A stretch of DNA of 63,993 nucleotides, the filler included, from Basidiobolus ranarum (Eukaryota), in assembly GCA_040143965.1 (NCBI GenBank). It is 4 parts of 4 records of this genome, joined end to end, with 100 filler letters (N's around TTAATTAATTAA, not from the genome) between each part and the next. Parts side by side here need not be neighbours in the genome. Positions count along the whole stretch, not along the records: positions 50,723 to 63,993 come from JASJQH010000493.1; 3 more parts are not named here. One strand, 5' to 3'. This document shows positions 50,623 to 63,993 of the stretch, piece by piece. The position numbers were made by a program, and so were the translations under genes. How positions within the stretch are numbered: the first letter of the stretch is position 1; each line of letters opens with the position of its first letter. The notes under the pieces were generated by a model. That model did not search any database, was not told where the DNA came from, and saw nothing but the letters and a program-made list of their open reading frames with translations.

Positions 50623-50722
50623 NNNNNNNNNNNNNNNNNNNNNNNNNNNNNNNNNNNNNNNNNNNNTTAATTAATTAANNNNNNNNNNNNNNNNNNNNNN
50701 NNNNNNNNNNNNNNNNNNNNNN
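50623..50722. other. Artificial contig linker
   Basis: N44-TTAATTAATTAA-N44. Confidence 0.97.
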
Positions 50723-50800
50723 CTATTTACCTAATTTCAACACTCCCACTCAACTAATTATTTTGTGTTTCTCTTAAACCTAACTTATATCTTAATGACA
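50723..50800 (-). mobile_element. Copia 3' end remnant: pol tail, PPT and LTR start
   Basis: Minus strand reads LRYKLGLRETQNN* followed by TTGAGTGGGAG-TGTTGAAATTAG, paralleling 1140-1196. Confidence 0.7.
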
Positions 50801-51870
50801 ATTGTATGAGAATAATCTCAAGTCGTTGGCTTCTTTTTATTAACGGCACCAAATTACATCAAGGATTTTCCACGCGTGTTGGTGAACGATATCAAGCAGA
50901 TCATACACATTAATTTCGGAAATATACATCTTTAACCTCTTAGATCTTGGCATCTGTCAAAGTGAAAAGGCTTTGCTGTTACCGAATAATATGTATTTAT
51001 TTGTGTGAATCTACCTTGGAATACATTTACACGACGAATACGGTTTGAAGAATTTTTTCATGGAGACCTCCTTGTTTTCGAACCTTATTTCAGGATGTTG
51101 CCGCTTAGTTTGTTAACGTTGAGACAATTAACTACATCTCGGAGTGTTTCTTGAAGAGGTGGGGGATACTGCAGAGCTTTGAATATATGACTCCAAATGA
51201 GAGAATAATAAGAGCGCGTGCTCTCAATGGCTATCTGCTCCATCATTTAGGGGGAAGAATGGTCATAAAGTACAGCAATGATGTTCATTCAAATGGCTGT
51301 TGGTACTATAGCCGTTCGAATTACTCACATAGCCAAAGAATTGGGGAAATTTTTCATTTGAATATCCATCATTTGGTATATTGTGCAATAACTAATAGTA
51401 TGAAGAAGTCTACAGACAAAGACCAACGTTTATGCACCTGTTGCAATAGATTCAGTCAATATGGAAACCTATTGATTGACAGCACCCTACCCAAACTGCA
51501 AATGTATTTAGCGTATAAATCACGGCTATATATTGAAATGCTTTGCATCACTTCATATGAAGCTAAGGTCTACCAAGCTTGAACGAATCACATCTCTCAG
51601 TTGGAGAGTCTGCATAGGGCAACTCTAACCATTTCCTTATTTGTATAGATAACAACGTGTATGCTATGACAACGTCGAGATCATCTTGCTTTCACAATGC
51701 AAAATTGTACACATTTCCACATATAAATGATCATGAGGCAATGCCTGATTACGTTACTCAGGACAAATTATTTATTAAGAGTATGCGAACTAATGATATT
51801 TAAGGTTTCATCTACACCCACCTAACCAATAGCCGATTGGGCTTATTTACAAATTCATTAAATGATAATA

Positions 51871-52593
51871 CTACTTCCATTGGCGTGGTACGAGTAAGGC
51901 TGGAAGAATCCTATAGTAAAGTAAAGGTCAACGCGAGTCTTAACGTAAGAAATGAAAAATATGTTTTTACCAAGAAGAAGTTAGAACAATTCCTGAGTTA
52001 CGATCTTTTCTTTGAATGGCTGCGATTTGCAACGTTAGGAATGCTGAAATTACCCTGACAAATGGCGCCAACGCAGGAACGGCTGCTGATAACGCGGCAA
52101 TCAATCCAGCGGCTGCAACTGCTGTATTTCCATCTTTTATAAGCTGTTTGACTAGTTCGTCTGGTAAATATATTTCATATCCCCACCAATAGGTGTATAC
52201 GGATACAACATCCCTGGGTGGAGGTCCACTAGGGTTACTGAGAAGTGGTCCTTGATTGGTAGCTATGGCATCTAATGGAGAGAAATTTACAAGTTCGATT
52301 CTCTGTCGAACTTCCTTGATGGTTAAGTGAATGGTTGAAGTAGGCTGCGAAGGTTCTTGGGCAAACAGAAAGTTTATTTCGTGAGGAGAGTCTGTCTCAG
52401 GAAGATTCCGAAGAATTGGAAGCACTTTATTCATTGTATCCGGATTTTGAAGTGCCTTAATGGTTCGTCCTGAATTCAAGTGTTTCCGCTTGCCGGTCAT
52501 AATATCTCTTGCCTCGTGAGCTAGCATTTCATGCTTACTTGTTGGTATGAAATTCCTCTGCTTGGATACTCGTTCTTGTCGGAAAAGTCTCAT
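51871..52593 (-). CDS. Hypothetical protein with a YTYWWGYEIYLP motif; one intron (about 51911-51970)
   Basis: 208-aa ORF plus a short spliced terminal exon (WILPALLVPRQWK*); Ala-rich hydrophobic hairpin. Confidence 0.7.
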
Positions 52594-54184
52594 ATCCTTG
52601 GTACGTAGATTGATATTGATTGGAGATTAAATATGATTGAGAAAGATATTAGAGAGGGTTAAAGGCAGACTTCGGGTAAAGGAGGGCTGGTTGTTCAAGG
52701 TTAACACCCTGTGCTGATATTATGAAATAGATAAAAGCAGGAAAAGTGAGAGACATGGCCTACAAATATAAGCAAGTGGAATGGGCAAATGTCATCAACA
52801 TTGGTTAAGAGAGTAACACTAAATCTAATCACCCTTATTTGCTTTCATACTGAGTTGTGAGGACGAAATTTCGTCATTCATAGGATCTAATCTCATTGTC
52901 ATTGATTATTGAAACTATTGTTACACAACTGGCATGTTGGTTTTTCGAGTTTAATGTTAATGAGCTCACATTTGACGAATGCTGTGCTTTTTATTGGCTA
53001 GTAAGGTCATTCATCTATACCTTTTAAAGAAGGAAACGGGTATAACCCGGAAAATGAACAGCTTGGTAATATATGTACAGTATTTCAAATTTGACTTTTG
53101 ACGCCATTTTCTGAGTTGTCTGTTTACTTAACAGTTTCTACCGTTAAATAGTAATTAACATCTATAATGGTTTGACTAGAAAGGGGTCACCCGATGTTGC
53201 GAATGACCTGGCAATCATTCTAAAGTCAACGATCAAGGATATCTTGTTCTCAGGCTCTTTAGCTGTATATTTACTGTAAAGCCAAAAAGTTAATTGCGTC
53301 TTTATTTTTTACATGTTGGCGAATATCGGTTGGCTCGTGTGCTGCCTTCAGTATATTGCGATGTCTTTAAAAGTCAATTAATATCCATACGTATCAAGGT
53401 ACTGGAAGTGGGCTTTTGTATAATACTATTTTACTGGGGCTGCGACACAAATAAAACCTATTATAGTACCACATCAAAGCCTAATACAACGGAGTTGAAT
53501 AGCACCCTCAAACTGCATTCTTGGGTGCAATTATTTGATCTCTCGGTATCGTGAGAGAAGCGATATACGATTCCTTAGGGATTCTAAATTCTTTGAATCG
53601 ATATCCCACTTGACAAGTTACGATCAAGCCTTGGTTCTTTTAGGTTAAAACTGTATCTCTAGAGTTGATTCCAAGATATACAGGCCTGAGAGGATGTTTT
53701 CAGATAATCTATTTACTTTCATAGAAAGACCACGTCTTCGCAAAAGAAACGTTCTCCAATTATCTTGAATCAAAGATTTTCATTCAATCTCTGTGGAACA
53801 TTTCGTTCCAATGTGCAGATTTTCCGTTCAATCCTAGAAGCAGGATATAGAGTAGTCACTGCGTTAATGGTATCTTCGGAGTTTGGGAATATGGACGCTT
53901 TTGCAGCCTCGTGTTTGTTAACCAATACAGCGCGTCCAATCATTGCTCAAATTTGCAACCCTAAATTTATCCAATATTGAGGTAGTATTATTATTCTCAT
54001 TTAACTATTGAGACATTTCAGTTAAAATATTGTTTAGTTTTTTAAATGAGGCATACTAAATCATGACTGGATGCATTTAACGCGTTATTCAAATCATACT
54101 TTTTCGATTTGATTCAATTTTGTAAACCGTTTGTTTACTTTCAAATGGTTGTCTACTCGACCTTTGTCCTTTAACCATTAACTA

Positions 54185-57100
54185 ATGTCAAACAAAGAAT
54201 TGAACTCACCTCCAATCCGCTCATTTACCATCACCAATTTATTTACAAATATAGCTTCACTTCATGATTACTTCCTAAAAAAGGATTTGAAACAACGAAA
54301 GATCTTGTTAGATAGTGATAGTAATGAGTATAAAGAATTCCTGACCAAAACGTTGGTGGTCGAGACGAAGCCTGTTGAGGTTACTTTATCACAAAATGAT
54401 GTTCTATCAACACAAGGAGAGGTATGAACTTGAGCATATTAAATAATTCAGTATTGAGAACAGCCTAATCTAGTCTCAGATAGTGAATCGTGTCATTCAA
54501 ACAATATTTCAATACTCAAGAGGGAATCCTAGTAATATCATGACACTTGGTTATCGACGAGTGAGTACTTTTTTAAAAGTTATTCACTTCATTAAAATTC
54601 GTGACTAAATATGTGAACTTCAGATTCGTAACCATAATACTTACGGTGTTTCAGGTTTGGTGAGTGTGGAAAATTACTTTCCAAATACTATAGTCAACAG
54701 CTTAAAGTCAAAAAACTGGGAAACCCTCCTATCAAGGTATACCAAGTAAGATTTCGGACCATTTCAATTCAGGATTAACCTGTTTGCCTATAGAATTGGC
54801 GAGAAAATGATGTATCGTTTGCTATTAGATACATTGATATTTATTCCATTGCCAAATGATTGTTTCTACCAAGCGACCGGTGAGCTTCAACTTTATTTTG
54901 AACTTGTCAAGAACTTTGTTACTTAACTAGAATGTAATGCCAAAGGAGCACCGGTATCAGACTTGGTACTGTCAAGTAATAGCCTAAAGAAATCCGTTTA
55001 TGTCCCATCCAAACTATTTCGAAGATCCATTGAATCGGTATTTTGTACCAAAGACGTTGGCTCAGGCGTTAATGCGAGTCATGGTCAAACCAGTGAGAGC
55101 AGAAATACTTCAACTAAAGTACATGACATCTCTGCTAAATCATCTAAACGGAATGATAAGAGTGAGTCAACACAGCCTCGAAAGAAATGCAGAAGAGGGA
55201 AAAGAAAAAAAACCGCCACCCAGTGTAATGTTGAAGGACGTGTTAGCTTAACTTCACCCAAAGAGTATCAAGTGATTAGTCACTCGATTCCTGCAATGAC
55301 AGAGCGATCCTCTATTGAAAATCGTGAGGCGAATTATGATGGAAATAGCTCTATAAACGGTACAACACTGAGTAGTTCCGATGTTCGAATAGCACAAGAA
55401 GATTGGAGAAGTGTCCAAAGTACCATCGCATCCTCATCTGGACAGAAACGAAAGTTCGTTCAAGAGATTACAGAACCTTTTCCAGTAAAATATGCACGAA
55501 CTGTATCAAATATTTCTGAAAAATCGAATTCATCTCATAGGAGCAGCTTAGAGAAAACCGTAAAGTGTGTAATATCTTTACTCATCGAAACCACGAATAG
55601 TTATGAGCATGTCTTTTAAATTATTCTAAATCACCGATTAGATATCCTTCAACCATTGTATTCGAACGATCAAGAATTTTCTATTCTCGGCCGATTCGAA
55701 AGCATAAGATCCCTATATATTTTGGTTTGCCGTATACTCGTTAGTATATATGTTGAAGTATAAAGCTAAGAGACATCCATTTTCTAACCACTAATGTTGT
55801 ATAGATCACATAAATGTAGCACATTTCAAAGATATTATGCTTATGATGTTTCCAAAACAATTTAATCTGAAATCTCCTTTTTCATCGACCCAAAAACCGA
55901 ATGTATGAACTCTGTTATCGTTAGTTATGATATACATTCACCAATAATAGTATTTTCTTTAGCTCAGCAAAACTCTAAAGATCCCTTGGCGACTGAAGAA
56001 AGTGGTACCGTTAATTAAGAAATTGACACAATTACATAAAAGATGTAATTACCATGCCCTATTAATCAAAAACTGTCCTCTTCAGGTATATCTATTTTCT
56101 CCATTGAGCGATCTTCGATATTGCCGTGCACTAACATAAGCTTGTCTTCAGCAAGTCGATGGAGTATCGATTTCTCGTTTAATACCTCTTACATCACGCC
56201 ATGAAGATAAATCTGCATCGAAGGCATCATTCTCATCTTATTTTCAAGTGAGTTGCTTTATCTTAATGTATCTTTAACTCCTTTGGTGCTTACTTTTCAT
56301 AAACAGGTTAGCTGCTTTGTGCATTCTATAATGAATCGTGTGATTCCTTATGAATTTTGGGGATCTAACCGGAATCGCTTGGTAATATATCGAGGTTGGT
56401 ACAAAAGTAGTTGCCTTCAGTTAAATAAGGATCAAACTCATACGTCCCTCTAGCAATCGATCAATTCATACGCGGTCGTAGGTACGAATCCATGTCGCTT
56501 CATCAAATTATCCAAAGTGTTAAGGTCAGTTATAAGCCTTATTGTGTCTTATATCAAGCCGTCGCTAAATCCATTTTAGATTAGTGATTGCGAGTGGCTT
56601 GAGTCTGACAATATAAAGCACACTCACATGCCACCCAGCGATATGGAAAAGCGGAAAGAACTATTCCATGAATTCGTTGCATACCTTTTCAATTCGATTG
56701 TCATACCACTTCTAAAGGTGCGTTAATGGTTTATTATTTTCAATCTAGCGATCCAAACTAACCTCACTCAGACAAACTTCTATATTACCGAGAGCTCGCA
56801 ACATCGTAACCGTGTTTTCTACTTTAGACAAGATTTCTGGCATATGATCGCGAAACCTGCTTTAAGCAAGTTGAGCTCAAGTATTTATACTCGTATCAGC
56901 GTTGTACGTATGCTATATGTAACTTTCTTGAGTTAGTAGTTTAACTCATTCCTCTCTCTCTATACATCAGGATGAAGCGCAAAATATTTTATTGAATCGC
57001 GATATTGGTTACTCTTACTTGCGACTTCTGCCGAAAGAAAATGGCGTACGTCCAATCGTGAATCTAAGAAGGAAATACATTAAAAATGTGAGTGAAGCTT

Positions 57101-59413
57101 TACAAACCATCTGGATTTACATATTTACTCATATGCATGTAGCTATCCAATACATCTCAAGGAAAGGCAAAAAGCCGTAAGAAAGAGCTAGGACTTTCTA
57201 TCAACACCCTACTACAGAACGCTTTTCAAATTTTGACTTTCGAAAAGGTAGCTGTTTTTTGAATATTGAACTCGATGATACAGTCCGAGTCAACAATCGT
57301 TATGTTTTTTTAGACTCGTCAACCTGATATAATGGGGAGTTCAGTGCTTGGTATGAACGACATATATCGAAAACTGATGGAGTTTAAAACTAAAATATCT
57401 GGCAAGGATATGAAGTAAGATCACGGAATGTAGGATCTGTTTCAATCCTCATACTAACGTACAACTGTAGATCCAAGTTTTATTTCGCAAAAGTAGATAT
57501 TACTGGAGCTTTTGACTCTATAAACCAAAGCAAGCTTATTTCTATTCTTAAAGCCATTTTCAAAGAGGTATTCTACCTTAGTGTGCACATCATTACTTTC
57601 GCAATCTAAATTCTCGATTTATAGGAAGAATATATGCTTCAGAAGTACACGGCAATATATCCATCAGCGGGTAAATTACGAAAGAGATTTATCCGTAAAG
57701 CACGTCCTGGAGGTGAGTTCTTTTGAAGATTGAATTTCATTCTACCATTTGACTAATATATATTTCTGTAGATGACTTTACCCAATTTCCAGAGCTAGCA
57801 CAGGATATGGCCAGTAATATGCAGCACGTCGTCTTTATAGATCAAGTAGGGTATAAAAAAACTCTTAAATTATATCAGTAAAATTCATCACAAGCCTTTT
57901 ATACTTAGGTTGCTTATGGGTTTGAGGATATTCGGACAGTCTTGACATTGCTGGAAGAACACATATCCAAAAATCTCATCAAGATTGATAATAAGTTTTA
58001 TAAGCAGACTGGTGGAATTCCTCAAGGATCTATTGTATCAACTTTGCTCTGCAGGTACTTTTCAATATCCTGTTTTGTGATTGAATTCATGTGCTTAATC
58101 TCGCCTTTGATAGTATATTTTATGGTCATTTTGAAAAGCACAATCTATCATTTATTGATATTGCAGAGGATGGGGTTAGTTGCTTAAGTATAGACTATTT
58201 TTGGCCAGTCTGCTCATGTGTTTTGCTATAGCTACTGTTAAGGCTCGTTGATGACTTTCTTTATATCAGTTTGGACAAAAAGAAAGTGACCCAATTCCTA
58301 GAAGTGATGCATGCGGGTATGTTACTATCGTTAGGTGAACTGAGCACCGTCGATTAATCCAGGAAAACCTTTTATCTCTAGGGAATGCCGAGTATGGTTG
58401 CTTTATTAATCCACAGAAAACTTTGACGAATTTCCAAGCGAAAATCAATGGAGAGAACATATCTCATATTACCAACGAGGATAAGAATAATGCAGGTTAG
58501 CAAATGAGTTGTATATGATAGCTATTGTGTAATACTAACCTTTATTTTAATTAGAATTTCCTTGGTGTGGTCTGTTAATCAACACACAGACTCTTGATGT
58601 AAAAACCGACTATAATCGATACCTAGGAACATGTTAGTAGATGTAGTAATCTGGTTGGATCTACGGTTTACTAATATTCTCTCTTAAGACATCAATAACA
58701 CACTTACGGTTGAAGTCACCAACAAGCCTGGAGTCACTTTCCGACACAAGTTGATGCAGTAAGTATAGAGCCATTAATTAATATACAAAACGTATATGAG
58801 ATATCAAACTTTCTTCAAATACTGTAGAGTGTTAAAGCCTCGGTTTCATCCAATATTTATCAACCCTGACTTCAACCAGATGTCTACAATATTACTGAAT
58901 ATCTATCAAAGCTATCTTTTGTGCGCAATGAAGTTTCATCGATATTCACAAGGCTTGAGAGTTTTTCACCAACAAAAAGAACAGTATTTAACAGGTACAA
59001 GTCATTTCAGATTATCACCGTCATCTGTTTGCTTTGAATATTTTCCTAATGGCCATAAAGATATATTATATGATATTGTTCAATTCGGTTATGTCTTACT
59101 GAAGAGTCGATCTCAATCCAACTTGAGAAAATGTAAAGCTTCTTTGCCTAATGTAACTGAACCGGAGGTGATATGGTATGTTTGTCAGTATGAACGATTA
59201 TTTGAACGAAAAAATTTATGGGTTTTTATACATTTTAGGTTGGGAATTTACGCCTTCTATACTATATTATCTAAGAGGCAAACGGCCTATCCTAAGCTGA
59301 TCAAATCACTGAAGATTACTTTAGAAGATCTGAAATTTCGTACAATTAAACGAAGACTTCAAGCAACGATCGAACCTCGAAGATCTTCGGCATTTGCTAA
59401 TGTCTTATTCTGA
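54185..59413 (+). CDS. TERT: Telomerase reverse transcriptase, 28 exons
   Basis: TEN domain NIMTLGY/NWETLLSRIG; T motif FYITESSQHRNRVFYFR; LRLLPKENGVRPIVNL; motif A KVDITGAFDSI; B' GIPQGSIVS; C LLRLVDDFL; E FPWCGLLI. All 27 GT-AG introns trace in frame. Confidence 0.97.
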
Positions 59414-59593
59414 TCGCAATAAGAGTTCAAACATTCAACCTCGGCTTTAAAAGTTGCCATATTTACTCAAGTTTGTGTACTAGATTTTGTGGTTTATTTG
59501 GAATACTTCAAGCATACATAATAAAACTTGAAAAGTAATGGTTAATAAAACGTACGATATCGATTGCTAAGAGGTTCTTAGAATATATAATGT

Positions 59594-62500
59594 TCAATAA
59601 CAGTGTTGGTTAAGCTCCTGCAATAATTGTAGAATCCATTGGATGATCAACTCATCTCTTACACGTTCCTTGTCATTCGGGTGTATCTCTTGGGTGGAAT
59701 TATTAATGAGATCCAGTCCTAATTGACCAAAAAATTGGGACGATCGTACGATTTCCACTTTGGTAGTGTATGCTAGTTGAGCGAATTGTGATACCATCTC
59801 ACCATCAATAACGTTCTGAGCAGGAACAACCAAAGACCGAAATCTGTAATGATCATTCCCAAGTAATGGCCGAGTGGACGGGTGTTTGACTAGTATTGAT
59901 TGCAATTCTTCAAGCGTAGAGTATCCTTTTTCATTCAAACGCAAGTATATAATTACACTACCGATTAGAGAGCAACCGATAATGGCAGGTTGTTTGTGTT
60001 CTTCTGATTCTTCAGTGGTTTCTGTCCAACCAATATGACCTTCAGTACCATTGTCCGTAGCTCCATAGATCATGGAGCCTAAATTCAACCGTAGAATTGT
60101 CTCCCCGTGGTTGAATGCGAAAGAGTCACTGAGTGATCGTTTGATGGAGTCTTCGCCTGTGTACAGAATGATTTGTAAGGAAAGAAAGCTACGTAGTTGA
60201 TAAATCAAACCATACCATAAGTCATTCCAAAGACAGTTCCTAATTTATCGGTTCCAACGGATAAACAATCACTAATTAATTTAGAATTGGCGACCAGTCG
60301 TAAATGGCGTCCGCTAGATATTTGATATAACATTTAGTCCATGTAGTCGCTACATTAACACCATAATGCATAAATACTGACCCTCTGACGAATTCCAGCG
60401 ATTGTTGTGTCTTATCAAATGTATATAGTAGAACCGAATCTTTTTGAGTGCCTACGCTGATCCAAGCTCCTTGAACACTAATGGATACGACTGGTGACCT
60501 TGTACTAATCTTGCAACTCTCTACTAATCTATAGATTTGAACTGGTCAGCTACGAATTAATAATCCTGAATAGAATTTACAGCCATACTTTTTCACATTC
60601 AAGTCTAGATAAAACATATAAAGTGTTTTCCCCGCGGATACTAATAAATAACTGGGTATCGAGTTAATGGCTGTGTGCTACACATACTATCCAATATTCA
60701 ACACTAACCCGTCTTCAAATGGACAGATGCTATACACCGCACCAGGTCGTTCATTTTCCCAAACAAGCTTAAGCTCATATATAGCAGCTTCCTAGAATAT
60801 GATGGCAATCTGAGATGAATGAAGTCAAGAGAAGTTATTACTTTAACGCTAACTTACTGTAGAAGGATGCTTTCTTGAGCTGGTTTTTTTCAAGTTGTAT
60901 ATGAGAAGTCTACCATGGTGAGGGACTGATCCTGAGTCTTGTATACCGGTTCCCACACATATATATCTATACTTCCTTTTTCCTGCAATATTCCAAACTA
61001 GACACATATCTCCTATCAGAAACTAATAATGTACGTCAAAGTGAAATCCAATCCTACCACACATAGAATAAGCAATCTCTCGGTCCCTCATTCTCTGCTC
61101 TGTGAGAACTTGTCCACTAAGAAGAATGAAGATTAGCATACGTAAAACTGCATACATTCTGAAGAATCATTACCTTAACGGCTCGATTAGCTTCAAGACG
61201 GTGGTGGTTGATTGCGTGTAAGAATCCACGTTACACGCGATGAGAAACTTCTCGGTCATCTTATCGTAGATGATTCTTCTTGGTGTCTATATTGATTTCA
61301 TGTTTAGCAATCTCTCCCTGAAGCTATTATCGATGTAGTCTTACATTTTCTTGAACAATTTGGCGGACATTATTGCGTTTCTCCGAGTCCAGATACACGT
61401 AATTTAATACGTTTTTGGTCACTGTTAGATAGCCGTCATATTCGCTTCCATCTGCAAACGCAGTAGCCGCAGTGATCTAGGATTGAGAACACAGAGAATT
61501 AGCACTTGATGTAGTTACGAGGTGTGAATACGTACTTGCTCAGATTGATTGAAGGAAACACTGTTGAATGCCAATCCACCGGATGAGGACGTGATTTTCC
61601 ACGCACGATCAGAGAAGATTAGTACAAAGTCGGTGTGGATTCCTTGCTGTGGATATACAATTTGAACTGGGAATACGCCAATCTTTCGACTTGTAGGCAG
61701 TCTTAATAGGGGTTTCCCATTTTCTGAATCAAGCAGAATATTTGGAGTTAAAATTGGTTTTTGTTGGGTGCATGCGTATGTATATGTATACCTGTCGACC
61801 ATTCCCAAGAATATTGAATGATGGTTCCATCACGTAAGCCTAGATATTTATGCGCATGGTCAATACAATGACTACTGATCTCTATTTAGATCCCACAATA
61901 CCTGCTAAGAAATGCTTCTTCTCTGTTCCTACAAACCCGGTAGATTGTGGAATATTGATTCCCTCCGAAGAATAACTACCTACATATATATATATTCAAA
62001 TACTTAGTATTCGAGCGGATTTCACAAGATCACTGAACTCTCACCAACCTAAAGGTTCCGAATGAAGGAGTTCAAAACCTAGGGATGAGTTGATACTGTA
62101 GATTTCAATCGAAGGCTTGTAAGTCCCAATCAAACAAATCGGAACCGGCGCTATAGTGCTGAGTTTTAGGTGATTCAGATGTTGTTCAAATGATTACATG
62201 TACATATGTATAAAATGCTTATACTTCGAAGAAATACAGTCTATCGAGCAGGGTTCATTTTCCAATTCTACGTTAGCTACAACCACAAAGGTGATTTCTT
62301 TCCTATTAAGAGCAAACCCATGGTTAACAAAATGGAGATCAAGATACAGCCAAATGATAATCGAACAAAGTACGTTGTAAGATCGATATTCACCGCAAGC
62401 ATCAAAAGTGAGTGTGTCTGATTTGACGATAATCCTAATATAATACTATTTCCGATAGTGAGTCCAACAGTAATAGTAACATTATCTGGTGGCGTCCATC

Positions 62501-63993
62501 TAGCAGAATTCGAAGCTTTTTGGTGGTTAACGAAGCACTCAAAGAATTCTGAGAATTAGCTCAATACCTGTTTCATCATCACTCAAACTAGGCCGAGTGA
62601 CCACCACCGCTCTATGGCATATTTGAGCGAGATAACCAGAATTATGGATCGCTCCAGCGCCGATTGTAGACTCCTCAAGGTCAAAGCCGCTTCTGTCACT
62701 GATATCCTCTAATTCACCAGCTAATCAATGGATTGTCAATATAATATGTTTGTAACAATTCTGAATGTGTATGGACCAAACCTCCAGAGTACATCAATCT
62801 TGTTTCATGAACAAATGAGATGACAAGGAAAGAATCATTGGCATCAGAGGGATCAACTTTTAGGCTCCATAAGCGATTGGCACTAAATTCCAAGATACCC
62901 ATATTTTTATATCAGAGAGAATTCTTGCTACGCAAATTTCCATGGCATAAGTACCTTCCAAAATCAGATCCTGTTGTGACGATAGTGGTAACTCCAACAC
63001 CATTCCTTATTTCCCGTATTGAGCCGCCAGAACTTCCACCGCTACATAGGTATAACGAATCATGATGTTCATTATAATAATCTAGTGAGACAAAGTCAAG
63101 AACGGGTGACCAATTAAGAATCTCCGTTCGTACGCTTATATTATTGTAGGGATCAATCTAGACAAGAGTGAACCGGGATTAATCTAACAGAGAGTTTTGG
63201 TCATCACAATATCTAATCCTACCATAACCACAGCTCCATTAGCCATTTCTCCAGATATTTCTAAAAGGTCCCCTTGCTGATCATCAATGGCTATGACATG
63301 CATGGCCTCTCCAATAGGGTTTAAATTTCCGAGCAGTTGAAATTCAATGTATGGCTCTGCAGTAATGATCGCTTTATATAAAGCACCATTATCTGTTCCA
63401 AAATAGAGATATTGAGTAGCAGCAACGGCTAACGAGATTCCAGATGTGAGGGGTGGTAATTCCGAGGGTAAAGAATACGATGTGACTAAAGGAGCTGAGG
63501 ATTGACGAGTTACTACGTAATTGCTTGATAAATATGTAAAAGTACGATGATCTTTACCAGCACCACCCTCAAAGGCTCCTCTGGATATAAACGGTAGGTT
63601 GACTCTATAATAGCTGACATTACCAGAAGTAACATCATCCGCCTGAAGAAATAAAATTTGTCGCTCCTATATTTCCGTTAGTGAAGTGATTATCCGAAGT
63701 ACTCCAATATTTGCCATACGTTAATTATCAGAAAGCTTTCAGGGTGATGAGGAAGCGGAATTAAATGAAGTGGAAGAGGAAAATCTAAGAAGTATGATAC
63801 AGACATTATATAACCACATTCGGAAACATATGTATTGAAATTTGAGGGTTTACCTTTGCCCAACGGAAGCTTTCCATATATTTGCGCCGGTTGCAATGGC
63901 TCTTTTAGCCAAAATTGATATAGTACAATAGAAGCTGACTTCTCCGTATCACTGTGAGAAGTGGGATTAACCTTAGGTTGATAGTACTATTCA
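59594..63993 (-). CDS. DDB1/RSE1/MMS1-like beta-propeller protein (MMS1_N + CPSF_A), multi-exon, 5' end outside the window
   Basis: NWSPVLDF, LYLCSGGSSGGSIREIRNG, FLVISFVHETRL, TPRRIIYD, GAVYSICPF and NVIDGEMVSQF. Confidence 0.8.

Noticed and set aside
51151-51582. 143-aa plus-strand ORF
   Set aside because: Starts at TTG and has no recognisable motifs; probably chance or decayed sequence.
52600-54180. Possible telomerase RNA next to TERT
   Set aside because: No 1.5-copy telomeric template or recognisable structure found by eye.

Overview
AT-rich, intron-dense eukaryotic DNA from an early-diverging fungus (Zoopagomycota/Mucoromycota-like, possibly Basidiobolus; this is inferred from gene content and is not proven). 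The window is not one locus. It is four contigs joined by identical 100-nt linkers (N44-TTAATTAATTAA-N44) at 16838, 33761 and 50623, apparently sorted by length. Contig 1: a nested, CpG-free Ty1/copia remnant with a tRNA-like sequence inside an LTR-like terminus, a D-arm-less tRNA-Met pseudogene, a GT61 glycosyltransferase, a broken intronless SF3B1 copy, AUR1, tRNA-Arg(CCG), SNZ1/PDX1, and a secreted bacterial-type solute-binding protein with a tandem pseudogene. Contig 2: a CBM19-like secreted protein, a CPA2 antiporter, a Dal5-type MFS transporter, symplekin/PTA1, RPC82, a PIN4-like gene and the start of TEX1. Contig 3: a PPxY membrane protein, GGC1, a sugar porter, a hydantoin racemase and solo LTRs. 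Contig 4: a 27-intron TERT and a DDB1/MMS1-like gene. Most notable: symplekin carries a clear AT-AC U12-type (minor spliceosome) intron plus a probable GT-AG U12 intron, and there is a candidate LTR family that carries a tRNA-derived Pol III unit.
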